In this document: piece after piece, positions 1 through 20,831 of the stretch
Layout of the letters: the number at the start of each line of letters is the position of its first letter
How positions within the stretch are numbered: position 1 is the stretch's first letter
Assembly: GCA_000934665.2 (NCBI GenBank)
Contig: KZ538306.1
Span: 1-64,000, forward strand
Direction: 5' to 3'
DNA from: Catajapyx aquilonaris
Taxonomy: Eukaryota
DNA: 64,000 nucleotides
The notes under the pieces: model-generated
What the model was told of the DNA's origin: nothing
The model's input: the letters and a program-made list of their open reading frames with translations, nothing else
Databases searched by the model: none
Made by a program: the position numbers and the translations under genes

Positions 1-1108
1 ATAATCTACGTATGTAAGGCAAAAAAAATAAAATTTGTTTGCCTGTGGCAACAGAATTTTGTTGGTGATTACCATAGAAGCAGGCCTGTAAATGGTTTAA
101 TTTTGCACTTCCCCCAATTTTTTTATTCCGATTTTTTTGTCCCCTCCCCCCAATGTATCTCCACCTTGCCGTGGGGGTGGGCTTTCGTTTTCCCATGATC
201 CTGAAGAGCTATGCCGGCGGTAGTTTCGTCTACTGGTAGGGCCGCCCAAGTTGGACAGGTCTTTGGGATAGGAGACAGACTAAGAGAGATACCAGTCTTT
301 CCTCTCTTCTTTTTCCTCTTCGTTTCTCTCTCCATCTGTCCCACCTTTTTGTATTCTGATAACCACTTAGCCATAGTTGCGTGGCTCTTTATGACCCAGA
401 ATTTTTACACCCTTCCAGTGCCTACATCTGCAAGGGAATGAGTAGTTTTGCATTTAATATTGCTTGAGATCTAAGAAGATTTCGGTGTAATTATCCACGC
501 TCTTTTTTCCCCGTGCGAAGAACGGGTACCGCTGCTAGTATGAAGATATATTTATATATTATTATCTTTCATCTACGTGCCACACATGCCATGCAAAGGT
601 TAACTCGAAGGTTGTACCATATAACAGTCAGGTTTTACATTTTTACATCATCATATTCGCATGAATATCTCACTTGCTTATATGATGTAATTATAGCCAT
701 TATTTTTCTCAGATGATCCATAAAGATCCACTGGTATTACATATTTAAGTCGTTGGGTTTTCCTAGTGTAAAAAGCGACGAGGGGCTGGTTTCAGAAACA
801 TGCCGGAAATGTAACCGCGACAATTGATATCGGCAAGGTCAGTTCAAAATAAGGAAAAAAAAATATTGTCCTGATAGTGATTCGTGTGAAATAAAAATGT
901 TACAAACGTCATGAAAATGAGCAGGACGTATGACAACTGATGCAATTACTACAGTACACGATAGTGCTATGTGTACGGAACATTACGTTTGAAATGGAGT
1001 AACGTTAAGAAACTGTTGTGCGCCGCTACCTTCTAATAATAATTGATAGTGATAGTCGGCTGATAAAGTGTGTGTGTAACTTCCCGACGGATTATTGAGA
1101 CCTTGTGA

Positions 1109-8917
<7,809 letters not shown>

Positions 8918-9281
8918 AACGACCAGACCTCTCAAGAAGTGAGCTGGAACTACACTTGTCACATGCACTTCATATTATGTAAATACAAATGAAATGTACA
9001 ATATGGCGCATTTAATAATACTCATCGATTCACACATGATTCCGTGGATTTATTTAGGCCTGTTCTTTTTTATACAGGTAAGGGGTTGCCCTCTACCAAA
9101 ATTTTTGTGGGTGGAAGCTGACCTTTCTTGATGCGATTGTATACGATGCTTCGTACAAAAAAAAAACGCTCCTTTTAACACATTACTACATTATCTGTTC
9201 AGATCACTTCCAATTGAGAGCTGACCTGAAGCAATGCAACATGTCCCTCTTCCTGCATGATTTGTCTCCAAATTCCACGCC

Positions 9282-9351
9282 AACTTTTGGCTACTTATTT
9301 TGGAGCATCCAACATCAATGTTGGATGCTCCAAAATAAGTAGCCAAAAGTT
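9282..9351. repeat. Perfect palindrome, 34-bp arms with 2-nt spacer
   Basis: aacttttggctacttattttggagcatccaacat-ca-atgttggatgctccaaaataagtagccaaaagtt. Confidence 0.95.
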
Positions 9352-12270
9352 AGTTGTAGCCGTTAACTCATTTTAGAGCATAACTAACAGCAGCTGCTAT
9401 GGTAGTGATAAGTGATGTACGTCGTGTGAGTGAGTGACGTCAGATCCTTGAATCCGGAGAGTGGGTGGGTGGGAGGTTTTTCTTATCATTTCGAGACTGG
9501 ATGTCAACGGAGGAGGTTTTGCAGCCGGGCTGGACAATACGTGGCACCACCGAATGTATACCGCACCATATCGCCGGTACGTTGCAAATTGTACCATACA
9601 CAATCTTTGGAGGTAGAGATGTATAGCACACGCCTGAAAGTAATATTAAAGTGTGCTTATGCATGTACCCAATTGGGATGGGAGCCATTTGATTTGCAAT
9701 GTTCCTTAATTAAGTAATTAATTACGCATTTTGCACGTAGGTGCTGCTGCGAGGACACAAGCATTGTCTTCATGGGCCTCCTGAGACAATTAATGCAACA
9801 GTCAAGTTGGGCCAAAAATGCACCTACGAGCCGTCATGCTGGTGGAGTGATTTTGATGGTGAGTTTGCTTCAGAATTTGTGTACATGTCACAATAAGGTT
9901 AATGGTACTAGCTGTACCACATCAGAGATCAGACTTGTATATTCCCGACTTCAGCGGAGTAGGAACATGCTTATACCTCATTAATTTATGATACAAGTTG
10001 GATATCATGCGTCCGAATTGTACCAGGGCTCATCACATGTAGTTTCAGCGTGGCTGCCATGCTTATCAAAAAGCCTCCTTGATGTTCAATCATGTGTTCA
10101 ATAAGGTCGATTATATATTTTTTTTCCTGTTGCATTAGACTGCTGCGCTAATATTAAAGGTCCAGTTGCAGTGCTTTAATGTGCTTTAATGGATCATGAA
10201 TGCAGAAATTACAGCAATATAGTTCCCAAACCTTTTGTCCAATGGAGCCCCCCTTGTAGTAAGAATTTGACAGCGGAGTCCCTGATGACAATTTCTCACT
10301 TTCAATGTGTTTTTGTACTGCACTGTGTATATCGTTGCAAAATATGGGTAGCCTATAATTTTGAATTCTGTTTCAATATATTTAATTAGGTGGAAAATAG
10401 TCTCCATCTTTTAGGGTTAATGGAAACGGTGTTATTGTATTTATGTGTAGAGAGGGGCCTTTATGTATCTAATACTGTGTTTCCTCACAAACTGATTCAT
10501 CAGTATACTTGGGAGAGTAGGTCATCTAGGTCAGAAGTCCTTGATTGGCTTTGTAGTTACATTGTAGTGGATGTGCAATATATTCTTGCTGTCTTGACTG
10601 GAAGGGTGAGTCATTGTAGCTGCATGGCTTAAATTGTAATAGGACAATAGGGTATCCCTATTGCATTTATTTATTATGGCCAGTAAAATACATTAATCGT
10701 TTCAGAATGATGTGACCTTCAGCTTGCCTTTTTTTGCAACGTGCGGATCGAATACATTGCTTATACGTAGTTTTCCATTATTATAAAAGTTGAAGCAAAA
10801 AAAAAATTCTGCCAGATTTCTAGTGTCAACTGCCATTGGATGCCAGTGACCTTATTCCAAATCTTCTGACTCTTCTACAGGAGCTGTCCTCACTGTGGTC
10901 TTCTGCCTAGAGCCGACTGCTGAGCTGCGCATTTCATGCATCAGATTCTCCAACCTTGGCTGCCCTTCACCTAGTCTGGAGAGCAATTATATGGTGAGCA
11001 TACCAGTTGCAACCTCCTTTTGCATTGCAGGAGCCCTATAGTTAGTATATTCCAAGTGCCAGGCATTATCTTTCCATTATGTTATTTTGGACTGGAGCCA
11101 GAAAATAACTGTCATTATGAACACTTTGAAAAGTTGCATATTAAGCTTGATTAGTTCCTCATAATTGAAGTTTTGCTTTTGCATGTCATTGGATTAATTA
11201 CTAGGCTGCAATAAGACGAGTGGAAATTTCCCTGAATCTTTTACATTCAGTTATCTCCATGGAATATCCTTGAATTTTTTGAAGTGATAAGGTCACACAT
11301 TTGCTGTTCCAAATTCACCTGATTAATAGTTGGCAATGTCAGTACAGTGTTGTTAGCTGCCATGATCAGTTAATAGCATTTTTATGGTTACAAGTTAAAT
11401 GCGATGCCATTGCTACTGTATTCTAACTTCCTATAATTTGTCTTGCATCCATTCATTTCAGTTCGCCAGAGTGAATTAATTTGCCAATTAAGTCAAAGCA
11501 AATGTTCGTTGACGCATCTGCTGAACTGATTGTGTTGAAATTGTGTGTTTGGCAATAACTGATATCTTGATTGCGTCACGTGATGATAACATTACAATAT
11601 TTAAAGTACAGTAGTTCAAGACTGCCGACAATAATTATTATTGCTGACAAAGATGTCGATGAGTTGCTCTTGCAGAAGTTCATCCAGTCTCATTTATGTT
11701 AAGGTTCCAGGTTATTTGCAGGCATCAAACAAATCTTGGTGGAATTTGTAGTCTGCTAATGTGATTCAAATTGTCCAAAACAAAACATTTGATTTTGTGG
11801 CAATGCAACCTATAATTAATTAGTAGCTAATTCTTTTGATAACCACTATTACAGGTCAAAAGTCACTGCTTGGCATACCATATAATTGCCACAAAGATGC
11901 AATGAGCACGCTCAATGACAGTCATGTGACATAATTACCCTTTGCAGAATGATGATGCATCTGATTGGTCTCTGGACATCACCTGCCTGATTCTGCCAAA
12001 CCAACAATGACTTTGGCCTCATCCCAATCAACTTCTGGAATCAAGCGATGTGAGGGGCCGTCCTCATCAGATGCCTGAAACCCTCATTTGCCATCTTGGC
12101 AGACCAGACATGGACATGGTAAGCATTACACTATTGTACCTTGTAGAAATATTGGTCAGTACAATCATGGAAAAATGCTTCTAGATACTAATTTTCCTGT
12201 TGAGATTATGGCTGGAAAGTCAATTGCATTCGCGACAGTCTGTGCCAAACAGATGTTACTTTCATAAAAT

Positions 12271-12470
12271 GAGGGATGTGGTGGAAAAATGTGATTTTTC
12301 TGGACCGCTAATTGAAGTTTGCACTCTCTTCACAAATCATGAATGACACGTGAACCTGGAGTATACCAAACTATATATTGTCATGTCCTTTACATAGTTG
12401 GTAGACCTGAGTGTGTTTAGGTTAAAAATGACTAAAATGGGGGTTATCATCTTTTTCCACCACACCCCTC
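12271..12470. mobile_element. Small MITE-like element
   Basis: gagggatgtggtggaaaaa ... tttttccaccacacccctc near-perfect inverted termini; TSD not clear. Confidence 0.5.
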
Positions 12471-14236
12471 AAATCATTATGCAACAAAAATTGTCAAGTT
12501 TATTTTCCACGTTTGTTCCTTGAGTCAAGAGACTTTAATTGTTAGTTACGCTTTTGATGAAGTTGCCAGTCGTACTAGAACAGTAGCTATTAGAAGGAAA
12601 TGTTAATTGCCCATTCATTTTGAAGGCTGCAGCTAACCATTATTATGAGGAGTTTAAAGAAAGATTAAGTACCGGTATTACATTAACACCATACAACATC
12701 AGGTGCTTGTTGTGGCCATCTTCGGTAAGTGTGCGCGCAGTAGGTGGTCATAATTATACTGTATTTGTCCGAAATGCATATTCTCTTCTTGTGATGTCAC
12801 ATTTTTCTGAGTCGTCGTCTTGTCTGTTGAGCACCTGTGGGAGCGAGTGGGAGTCATTTGACATGGGCCTAGCCACCCCTTTGTTGACGTCATGTATCTA
12901 CAAGTGAAATCAGCTGCATTGCACAGTCTGCTGTGCTAACACATGATCCTAATTTTGGTCTGTAATCGGGTATTGATCAAGTTTCCACTGCAATGTTTAA
13001 AATGGAATCATTCAGTCTTCAATAATTCTAAGTAGTGTACATAATATGAGGAAATCATTCCAATATGACTGATTGTTCTGCAAGGTCGTCATAATTAGGA
13101 TTTGCAGTTGTTCATAATTTTTTCTAATTCTTTCACAGGTTGTCAGTTTTGGGCCAGCTCATTTCAGCATCGAGAATCGTCCTTGGGGAGTGCAGATGTG
13201 AGGGATGCAGATGTGAGGGGTGCAACAGCCACTACTTCGCGGAGGATGCTTTGGACCAGTCTTTGGGGAGACAATGTGAAGATCCCACTTGGTTCGACGG
13301 ACAGCTGACTTTCATCCCAATCCACGTCTCCAATCAGATGCGTCAAACTCATCTTGGTTGTTCTTCGACTGAGCATTTGCAACTCAACACCCATGGTGAG
13401 CATCACATACTTGTACCTTTGTGCTGCTGCTATCCCAAGTTGTTTGGCAGAAATTTGCAGGACTAAAATGGGGTCTCTCATTATTGAGCCTTATACTTGA
13501 TGGGAGGATGCTGAGGAAATTTGTTGTAGCATGCCTCACATTCATGGTTTAATAAATATGGGAAGGCATTAATTTAATTTTTGTGAGCGCAAAACCTACT
13601 CTCACGTCAGATTTTCAGATGGTAAAATGGGTTGAATATTGCATTTTGAGACATGAAAAAGGCAGAGAACTGTTGCAAAGTGGAGGAAGGTATCAAAATG
13701 GTAATTCTCATTAATAAATGGCATATCAAGCTGCAATTACATTTCAAAACTGACTGAAATCATTTAGCCATGTGACTATAAGTGTATATTGGCCAATACT
13801 TCTCACTCAGCAGATTTATAGGATTCCTCTTTTCATAACAAAGGTGATGTCATTGGCATAAAAAATTTTGTTGTTGTGTAGGCCTGGACACCACAGCTGG
13901 TGCCAATGATTAATTCCAAGTATGTTGATTAAATAAATTTGCAATATGTGAAGGTACTTCATGGCTTTTATCCTTAGCATCTGCAAGCCATTTGAGTTCA
14001 GCTGGCTGGTTAAAATTATTCTAAGTCTTTCAAGGTCAAATTCTGGTGAAAAGTTCCATGCTTTCCCACTTGATCATGTCCATTTTAATTTACTGCCCCC
14101 TGTCCAAGTTTCTCTAGTTTCCTTTTCTTTCTAGATTGTCATCATCCTGGAAAAGAGCAGTCAGAAGAACAGTTATATTATTGTCGACATATCTTTATTG
14201 CTTTTTTTGTACAGTGTATATTGGCTGTAATAAATA

Positions 14237-14470
14237 GTGTCGTTGCCTCTCCTCCCTCCACCTACTGATGGCCGGGGAGAGGCTTTGATGGATGGGGGCC
14301 CATGGACGATGTATGTTACGTTGCCCTCCTTCCCCTATCCTCCCAGGGCTTGCCCTGGGGGGGATAGGGTAAGGAGGGAAATGTAACGTACATCGTCCAC
14401 ACGTGCACCCCCATCCATCGAAGCCTCACCCCGACCATCAGCAGGCAGAGGGGGGAAGGGCCAAGGCACT
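14237..14470. repeat. Long GC-rich imperfect inverted repeat (arms about 115 bp, 2-nt loop)
   Basis: Centre cccagggc-tt-gccctggg; arms pair out to cctactgatggccggggagaggc / gcctcaccccgaccatcagcagg. Confidence 0.9.
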
Positions 14471-16667
14471 GCTGGCATGAACCAATAAGACTCTCACCGG
14501 ACTCTGAAAAACGTTTACAGAAAAAAGGGGGAGTGGCTTGAAGATAGGCTCCGCGACAGCGGACTTTGCGAATGCAGGGGTGGCCGGGGCCGCCCGAAAT
14601 TACGCCCGGACGACCCCGGCCTTTTTCGACGACTAAAACTACAAGAATTGAGCCTGCAAGTTTCCCCCCCTTCGACGTCATGCACTTGGCACATGACGTC
14701 GAAGGAGGGGAGCCTAAATGCAGGCAGTGAATCAGCCTCTCTTCATCATGAGCCAAGAAGTATTAGCACATGATGCCAAAAAGGGGAAGATTTGAAGGGG
14801 GTAAAAGGATGACTGGACCCATCTGGGCTGCAACTGACTGGAAAGAGAAGAAAACAAAGGGGCAAAAATAGGGACAAGAAAAATGATGCTGATCAGTCAG
14901 GACTGCTGGCTTCCAGAGTGGCACCATCTCAGCAGCAGGCTGCAAATCACCATCACTAGAAAGAGAACAAATTTTAAAATTGTCAATTCAAAAACACATT
15001 AGAAAAGGCCATTGCAATTACATGGATATTGAACTTATGCATGGCTTCCTGCACAGAAATTAGGCGAATTTTAGATGCCATTTCCCAGCCAAACAGCTGC
15101 CATTGACATGGTCTCATCCTTTTTTAACGAGAGCAAATCCTCATGACGTTTGCAGCGAACGGTTAATTGGAAATACTGCATACAAAGCTTTGCCAGAATT
15201 CTGATGTCGTAAAAAACTCAGGCTGTAAAAGCAATTCCACACAAGAGGTTCCCATTTCTCCAGAGAAAGCAGATGCATTCAGAATAATGTCATTTTATTG
15301 CTGTCAGTAATGCTCACTAGTCAACATTGCACAGGCGCAAACGCTCAAATCCATGCAAGTGCATTGAGACCTTGATCTCAATCATGATACTGACCTACAG
15401 CAATATCTCATTACAGGCATCCTCCTCTGGTAACAATGGTCCTGGAAATACCTGCTGCTCTTCCTCCAAGCAAAGGAAATCTGAAAGCAACAGAAATGCA
15501 ATAATGTAAATCAGGTGAAACAGTTAGCCATGTGCAATCCATTGTTATGCAAGACCCAACATACACTGAAGTGCCAAGAGTCATGTAACTTGTTATTTCA
15601 TGAGGTCCATTTTCACCAGATCCTACATCCAGATGGCATGGCTCAATCAACATCTCTCTGGGTCTTCCCTCCAGTCATATGGAATCAATGCCACGACTTT
15701 TGGCACTTCAGTGTAACGCAGGAACAGATGCACATTAATTCAAATGCTATTATGCACTGCAATCACTGAATTACTGCTGAAACTCGGCCAGAAAAAATAT
15801 GCTCGTGTTAGGAGCTAATCAAAATAGCAGCAGCAATAAGGTTGGTCTGTGATGCAAGTCAATGATCAACATGTCGCATTAGAAGCGTATCATCCTATAC
15901 TGGGAGCCACTTGATATATAATCAATAGCTATGGGTGATGGCAAGTAAATTATAATTACTGGTACAACTGGGCATTCAATTCGCCTTAATTCCATTCAAA
16001 GTACTCTGACAAGTTACTATGAGCTTCACTGTTGTACTGCAGATTTGGGCAATGCATTATGGTGCATGAATGGATTGACTTCTCTTCCACATTTAACACC
16101 AATGCCTTCTATCCAGCATTGTAATTCGCTCAATCAGCAAATTAAACAAGTATTAACTCCCATTTTGGAATAATTACAATCATGATTGTATTGGACTGTG
16201 ATTCGTTAATTATTGATGGCTTTTCCAAATTGCAATTTAGTGATGACCTTTGGCTTCTCAGGCAAGAACCCCTTTTTTCCAGGCCACACCCCACTATACT
16301 TTCCCAATGGTATGGCAGTGCTAATGTGTTCAAATAAAAAGTTTGTTGTATTGAAGAAGTGCATTATTATTTGTGAGACCCAGTCCAAGGGCACATGTGT
16401 TGGTTCATGAAATGGCTTCTATAGATATTCAATGCGAATTGCTGTGGTGGTTCCAAATTATAAATTGTTCGTTAAAATGAATGGAATCCTAGTCATCAAC
16501 AAATGCTTAAAATCTAAGTCGAATAACAGTTGGATAAGATAGTTATCTGAGAGTTGCTCGTCAAAAGCATGAGCCTTGAATACTGTAATCTATATATTTT
16601 TAGATTTGACCATCAAAAGTTAATTATGCTTTGAGAAGGCACCTGTAATCTATACACTGGTGATACC

Positions 16668-17750
16668 ACTACTGGAAAATGGCCTGGCAGTGTTAATTTG
16701 TAAAAGAGCTGCATTGGAAACGTTAAATCTGACAGTTGAAATCAATTTCCTGAGTTATTTCACCTACTATAGATTGTAGACTTCTCACAAAATGTGGTGA
16801 GTAAGTGTTACTTATGAATTCACTGCGAAGCATACTTAAGACACTTGATTGAACCTGTGAGGAAATTGTAATTACTCTGCAAGTTAAAGAGCAATGACAA
16901 GAGCATTGTGACATTGATGGTTATGTATGTTTCACTCCCAGGCTCAATTTCGCGATGAAAATGCATGTCCTGTGCAAATCTTTCAGTTAAGTCTTCCCTT
17001 CAATGGCATTCTTCTAATTAATCTGCTTATAATTTAGCAGTGTATTTATAGTGGCTATTTAAATATTGCTTCCCAATTAATCATGCCACCACTGTACTTG
17101 CCCAATGCCAGTGAAGTTCACTTAGCATAAAAATCACCTGCATATCCATGTCACAAATATGAATTAGTAGAAAATGAATCAGGTTTTAACACCCTGTGGC
17201 ACTAACATCTCTTCCATATATACCTCAGAATATAAATATAACAAATGTCACAATTATACAACTTATATTCTAATGCTATCTATAGCCTATACTTATCTAT
17301 TCTTGTAATTCTAATAATTGCTATAGTATAATCATACAGCTGAGATTCTAATGTTATCTATACTTATAATATATTGTAATCAATGTTATCTATAGACCTG
17401 CTTATAACTATCAATGTTATCGTACAACTTATATTCTAATGAGGCATATGGAAGATGTTGGAGCCACAAGGTTATTAAAACATGATTCATTTTCTACTAA
17501 GTTAATTCATAAACTGAAACACTAATGTGCAGTATGGTCATTTTCATCGCGAAATTAAGGCTTGGAGTGACATGTGCCTACTTATGCTTCGCAGTGAATA
17601 CACAACATGCACCACCACATTTTTTTAAATGAGAAGGCTGCCACATAATAGGTGAAATACAAGTCATTGTTTCCATCTGCCAGATGCAACGTTTATAATG
17701 TGTTTTTTTTTTGCGAATTAGCACTACTGCCAGGCAATTTTTCAGGTAGC
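16668..17750. mobile_element. Degenerate foldback / long-TIR element with AT-rich internal subrepeats
   Basis: Nested reverse-complement matches: gcctggcagtg/ctgccaggc, attcactgcgaagcata/tatgcttcgcagtgaat, aatttcgcgatgaaaatg/cattttcatcgcgaaatt, tagtagaaaatgaatca/tgattcattttctacta. Confidence 0.75.
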
Positions 17751-18699
17751 CTAATTAGTAGTGAAATTAACCCTACAGTAGCACTACCTCAAGTCAAAAA
17801 TGTCTCTGCAGCCCATTACATAAGGCTCACACCAGGGCTCTGATTGTCCAGGACGAGTTTTCAGCAGCGATTCCTAATAATTGATGCACCCACAAACACT
17901 AATTAGACTGCTAAGTTTGGCAATGAAGACCTGACACACACATCTCTGTCACGACTACTACTCCCAAGTTGTCATCACATTTCGATCCTTCAACTCAAAC
18001 TTAAAAAAAGACACGACGAGGCACCAATAATGAAGGCGAGACAATAGGACTTACCAAGTGCGGCATCAGTGTTGGCATCTGAAGTCACTCGAAGAACCAT
18101 GATTGCGCTGTAGTTGATAGAATCAGATGACCACGTCGGTTGCTGGAGAGTCACGAAATGAGTTGTCCATCGCAGCAGTCATGTCTCCAGAGCAATGCAG
18201 ATGTTTCAGGCTGCTTCTGCAAAGGGTGAATAAATTGTGTAAGATCAAAATGTCAGGCAACAAGTCACTATAATAAACTATGGAATGAGTTTAGCAGTTA
18301 AAAGCACAATTTTTCATCAACTAAAGGGGATTTATTCCACACCTCCTAAGGAAAAAATCAAATTAGTTGCTATTTACAGCACTTGAGCAAAGGTAGGCTG
18401 CACCTTCATGTAATATTGCTTATCAAGTAGGTTGTCAAATACAACAATTTTTTAATTTGGCTTCATTGCAAAATAGACGCCATTTTAAGCTCATTGCAAA
18501 AATGTAAGAATGAGCTTGAGAAAAATGAATGACCATAATGCCACATCAGCACATTAAGAGCTGCAAATATAGAACCAGAATATATTTTACACTCATTATA
18601 TTGGGGTAAAGACATAGACCTAGCTACCATTGATTTAATTGTTATAATGTTACAGGTAAGTCAAATCAAGATCGTTTTAACAGTTTTCCAATAAAAATG

Positions 18700-19390
18700 A
18701 CAGGTGGGGCCAAGTTGGCATTCCACTCTTAAAATTCTAGCTTATTATTCATTGGCTGAGTTGAAGATCAGGATTTAAAATTATTAATTGATCAAATGGT
18801 GCAATAAGGATGGCTTACAGGATCGATTGTGCCATATGTGACAAGATAATCATTTTTATGCATATAAAGTGAAACTGGTTTTAAATAGACCCGTTGAGTA
18901 GCGAAATCCTGGGCTCGAAATTTTGCAATTTCTGGATTTAAAATGGCCACGACAAGACACGCACTAGGAATCTTCAAGAATTATTCTCAATTTTTTAGAC
19001 AATGGCCAATTACATTTTAGGCCTAACAAAGAAATTGGCAATCGTCGTACCATTGTCTGAAATTATTGAATTGCGAATTCTGGAAGGTTCCTATATATAG
19101 TGCATGCTGTGGCCATTTATAATGCAAAAAAATTGCAAATTGTCAACTTTCGAGCCCAGTTTTCATTACTAAAATGACATTTTAAAAACCAGTTTCATTT
19201 CATGAAATATTAAGAACGTCTAATAAAAATAAATCTGTCACGGCAAAATCAATCCTTCTGGAAGACCACCTTTTGTACAATGCCCATTTTGAGTCAAATA
19301 ATTCGCAAACTGCAACTTAACGAGTCCAATTCTAGTGGAACCTCATGACTACCCTAATCAAGTGGGGTACAATGGGCCAGCTCGTCTGAA
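18700..19390. mobile_element. Second degenerate foldback element, centre near 19025
   Basis: gaaactggttttaaa/tttaaaaaccagtttc, ctgggctcgaaa/tttcgagcccag, aaatggccac/gtggccattt, agacaatgg/ccattgtct in nested order. Confidence 0.7.
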
Positions 19391-20831
19391 CACGTCAGTC
19401 AGTTTTAATTAATCATTATGACTCAAAAAGTTGGGCATATTCTATACTATTAATGCAAATGAGGCAATAAAAATTGTCCACACATTCCAATAGTCTCCTG
19501 AAGTCATTTTCAGTGTTAAAAATTCGCAAATAACCGAATTTCAAACCCTGCTTTTCACCAAGGCCTGATAGAAAATTGGGAGTTGCGATATTTTCCTTCA
19601 TCAACAATCCCCCACTGGAAAAGCACAGGAATTGGCAGGAAAATTGATCATGGAAGAGGTCAAGAGGGTTGTGTTTGTCAGGTACTCACCAGAGTTGTAA
19701 GGGAGGTCGTCAAGTTGCGCTGCATGTTAACACATCCCCGCGATGGCCATTTTGACAGTCGATCAGCGTCGATGGAGACACGTCTGCAGTCCTCGAACCC
19801 AATAAGTGTTGGCCTTCAAGTCAGTGTTGTCTTCCCTAGAAACAATGCTCAAGATATAATATATGCTGCAATATTTCGCAAGTGCTTGACTGGTTGAATG
19901 GCATAGTAGGTATGCACAATGCATGCTGTGTACTATCCCCCAGTGATTAAGGATGCTTACCATATGGTGCAGGTCCGTCTTCAGAGAGAACCTTCTCAAT
20001 GCAGCTCCAGGCAGGGAAAGAAAGATTGGGCAGTTTCCTACCCCCCATCCACCCAATCCCCCTCACACGTCATATCTACATCAAAATGATTCGATCTGAC
20101 TATAGTTCGATGCAGCTGGAGTATGACACGAGGCTTCAAGGCCTCTTCGCGAGTACAGTGCAATGCATGATGGTCCATCCTTGTCCTTCAGAATGACGAC
20201 AACAATAGATCTGCATGTTGAGCCGAGGTCAGCTTTCGTCACACACAAATCATGTGGTGCATGTAACCTATTGCCTATCACTAATCTGTGGACGTATTTT
20301 AACCCCGTCTAATAATAACTTGCTGGTCCAATCGTCCTATTGGGGATATTTTTTTATTAATAAATTAATATTGTTGTTGGGATTCACTTTAATTTATTCG
20401 GAGCTGCATGGAGCCTGCGTTTCACTGGCATTATTGTTGTGTCTCCGCTAAATCCAGCTCGACAACAATTGCAAAGGATGTCGAGTGACAATGAATCTTT
20501 GACAAAATGAATGGTGCACCTTATTATCGCTTATTGGGTACTGCTGCACCAGCATTTTTTTTTTTGTTGTGATGGCAGTGACATTTAATTGCTAGTAAAA
20601 AAATTATCAGTATTCTTGTTAACTTCATCCTTTATTTTATGTTTTTACATATTTTAAAAAAAAATTGTGGGTAGTGCTTCTGACCCATTGGGTACAAGCA
20701 CCTTGACCTTTATTATTTTTTTGTTGGAATTAATGAGTGCACACTGTACTTGTAACTTGTGTCAGTAAAAGCGCTGATATTTTATTTAAGCTGTAATGAA
20801 TGTTACATTTATGGCACTAAATTACGGTTAA

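Noticed and set aside
123..441. Short ORFs at the window start (MAKWLSEYKK..., MPAVVSS...)
   Set aside because: No recognisable homology or consistent exon chain; could belong to a gene outside the window but cannot be supported.
14263..14290. Hammerhead ribozyme core (ctgatgg...)
   Set aside because: CUGAUGG rather than CUGAUGA, and no correctly placed GAAA or three-stem junction.
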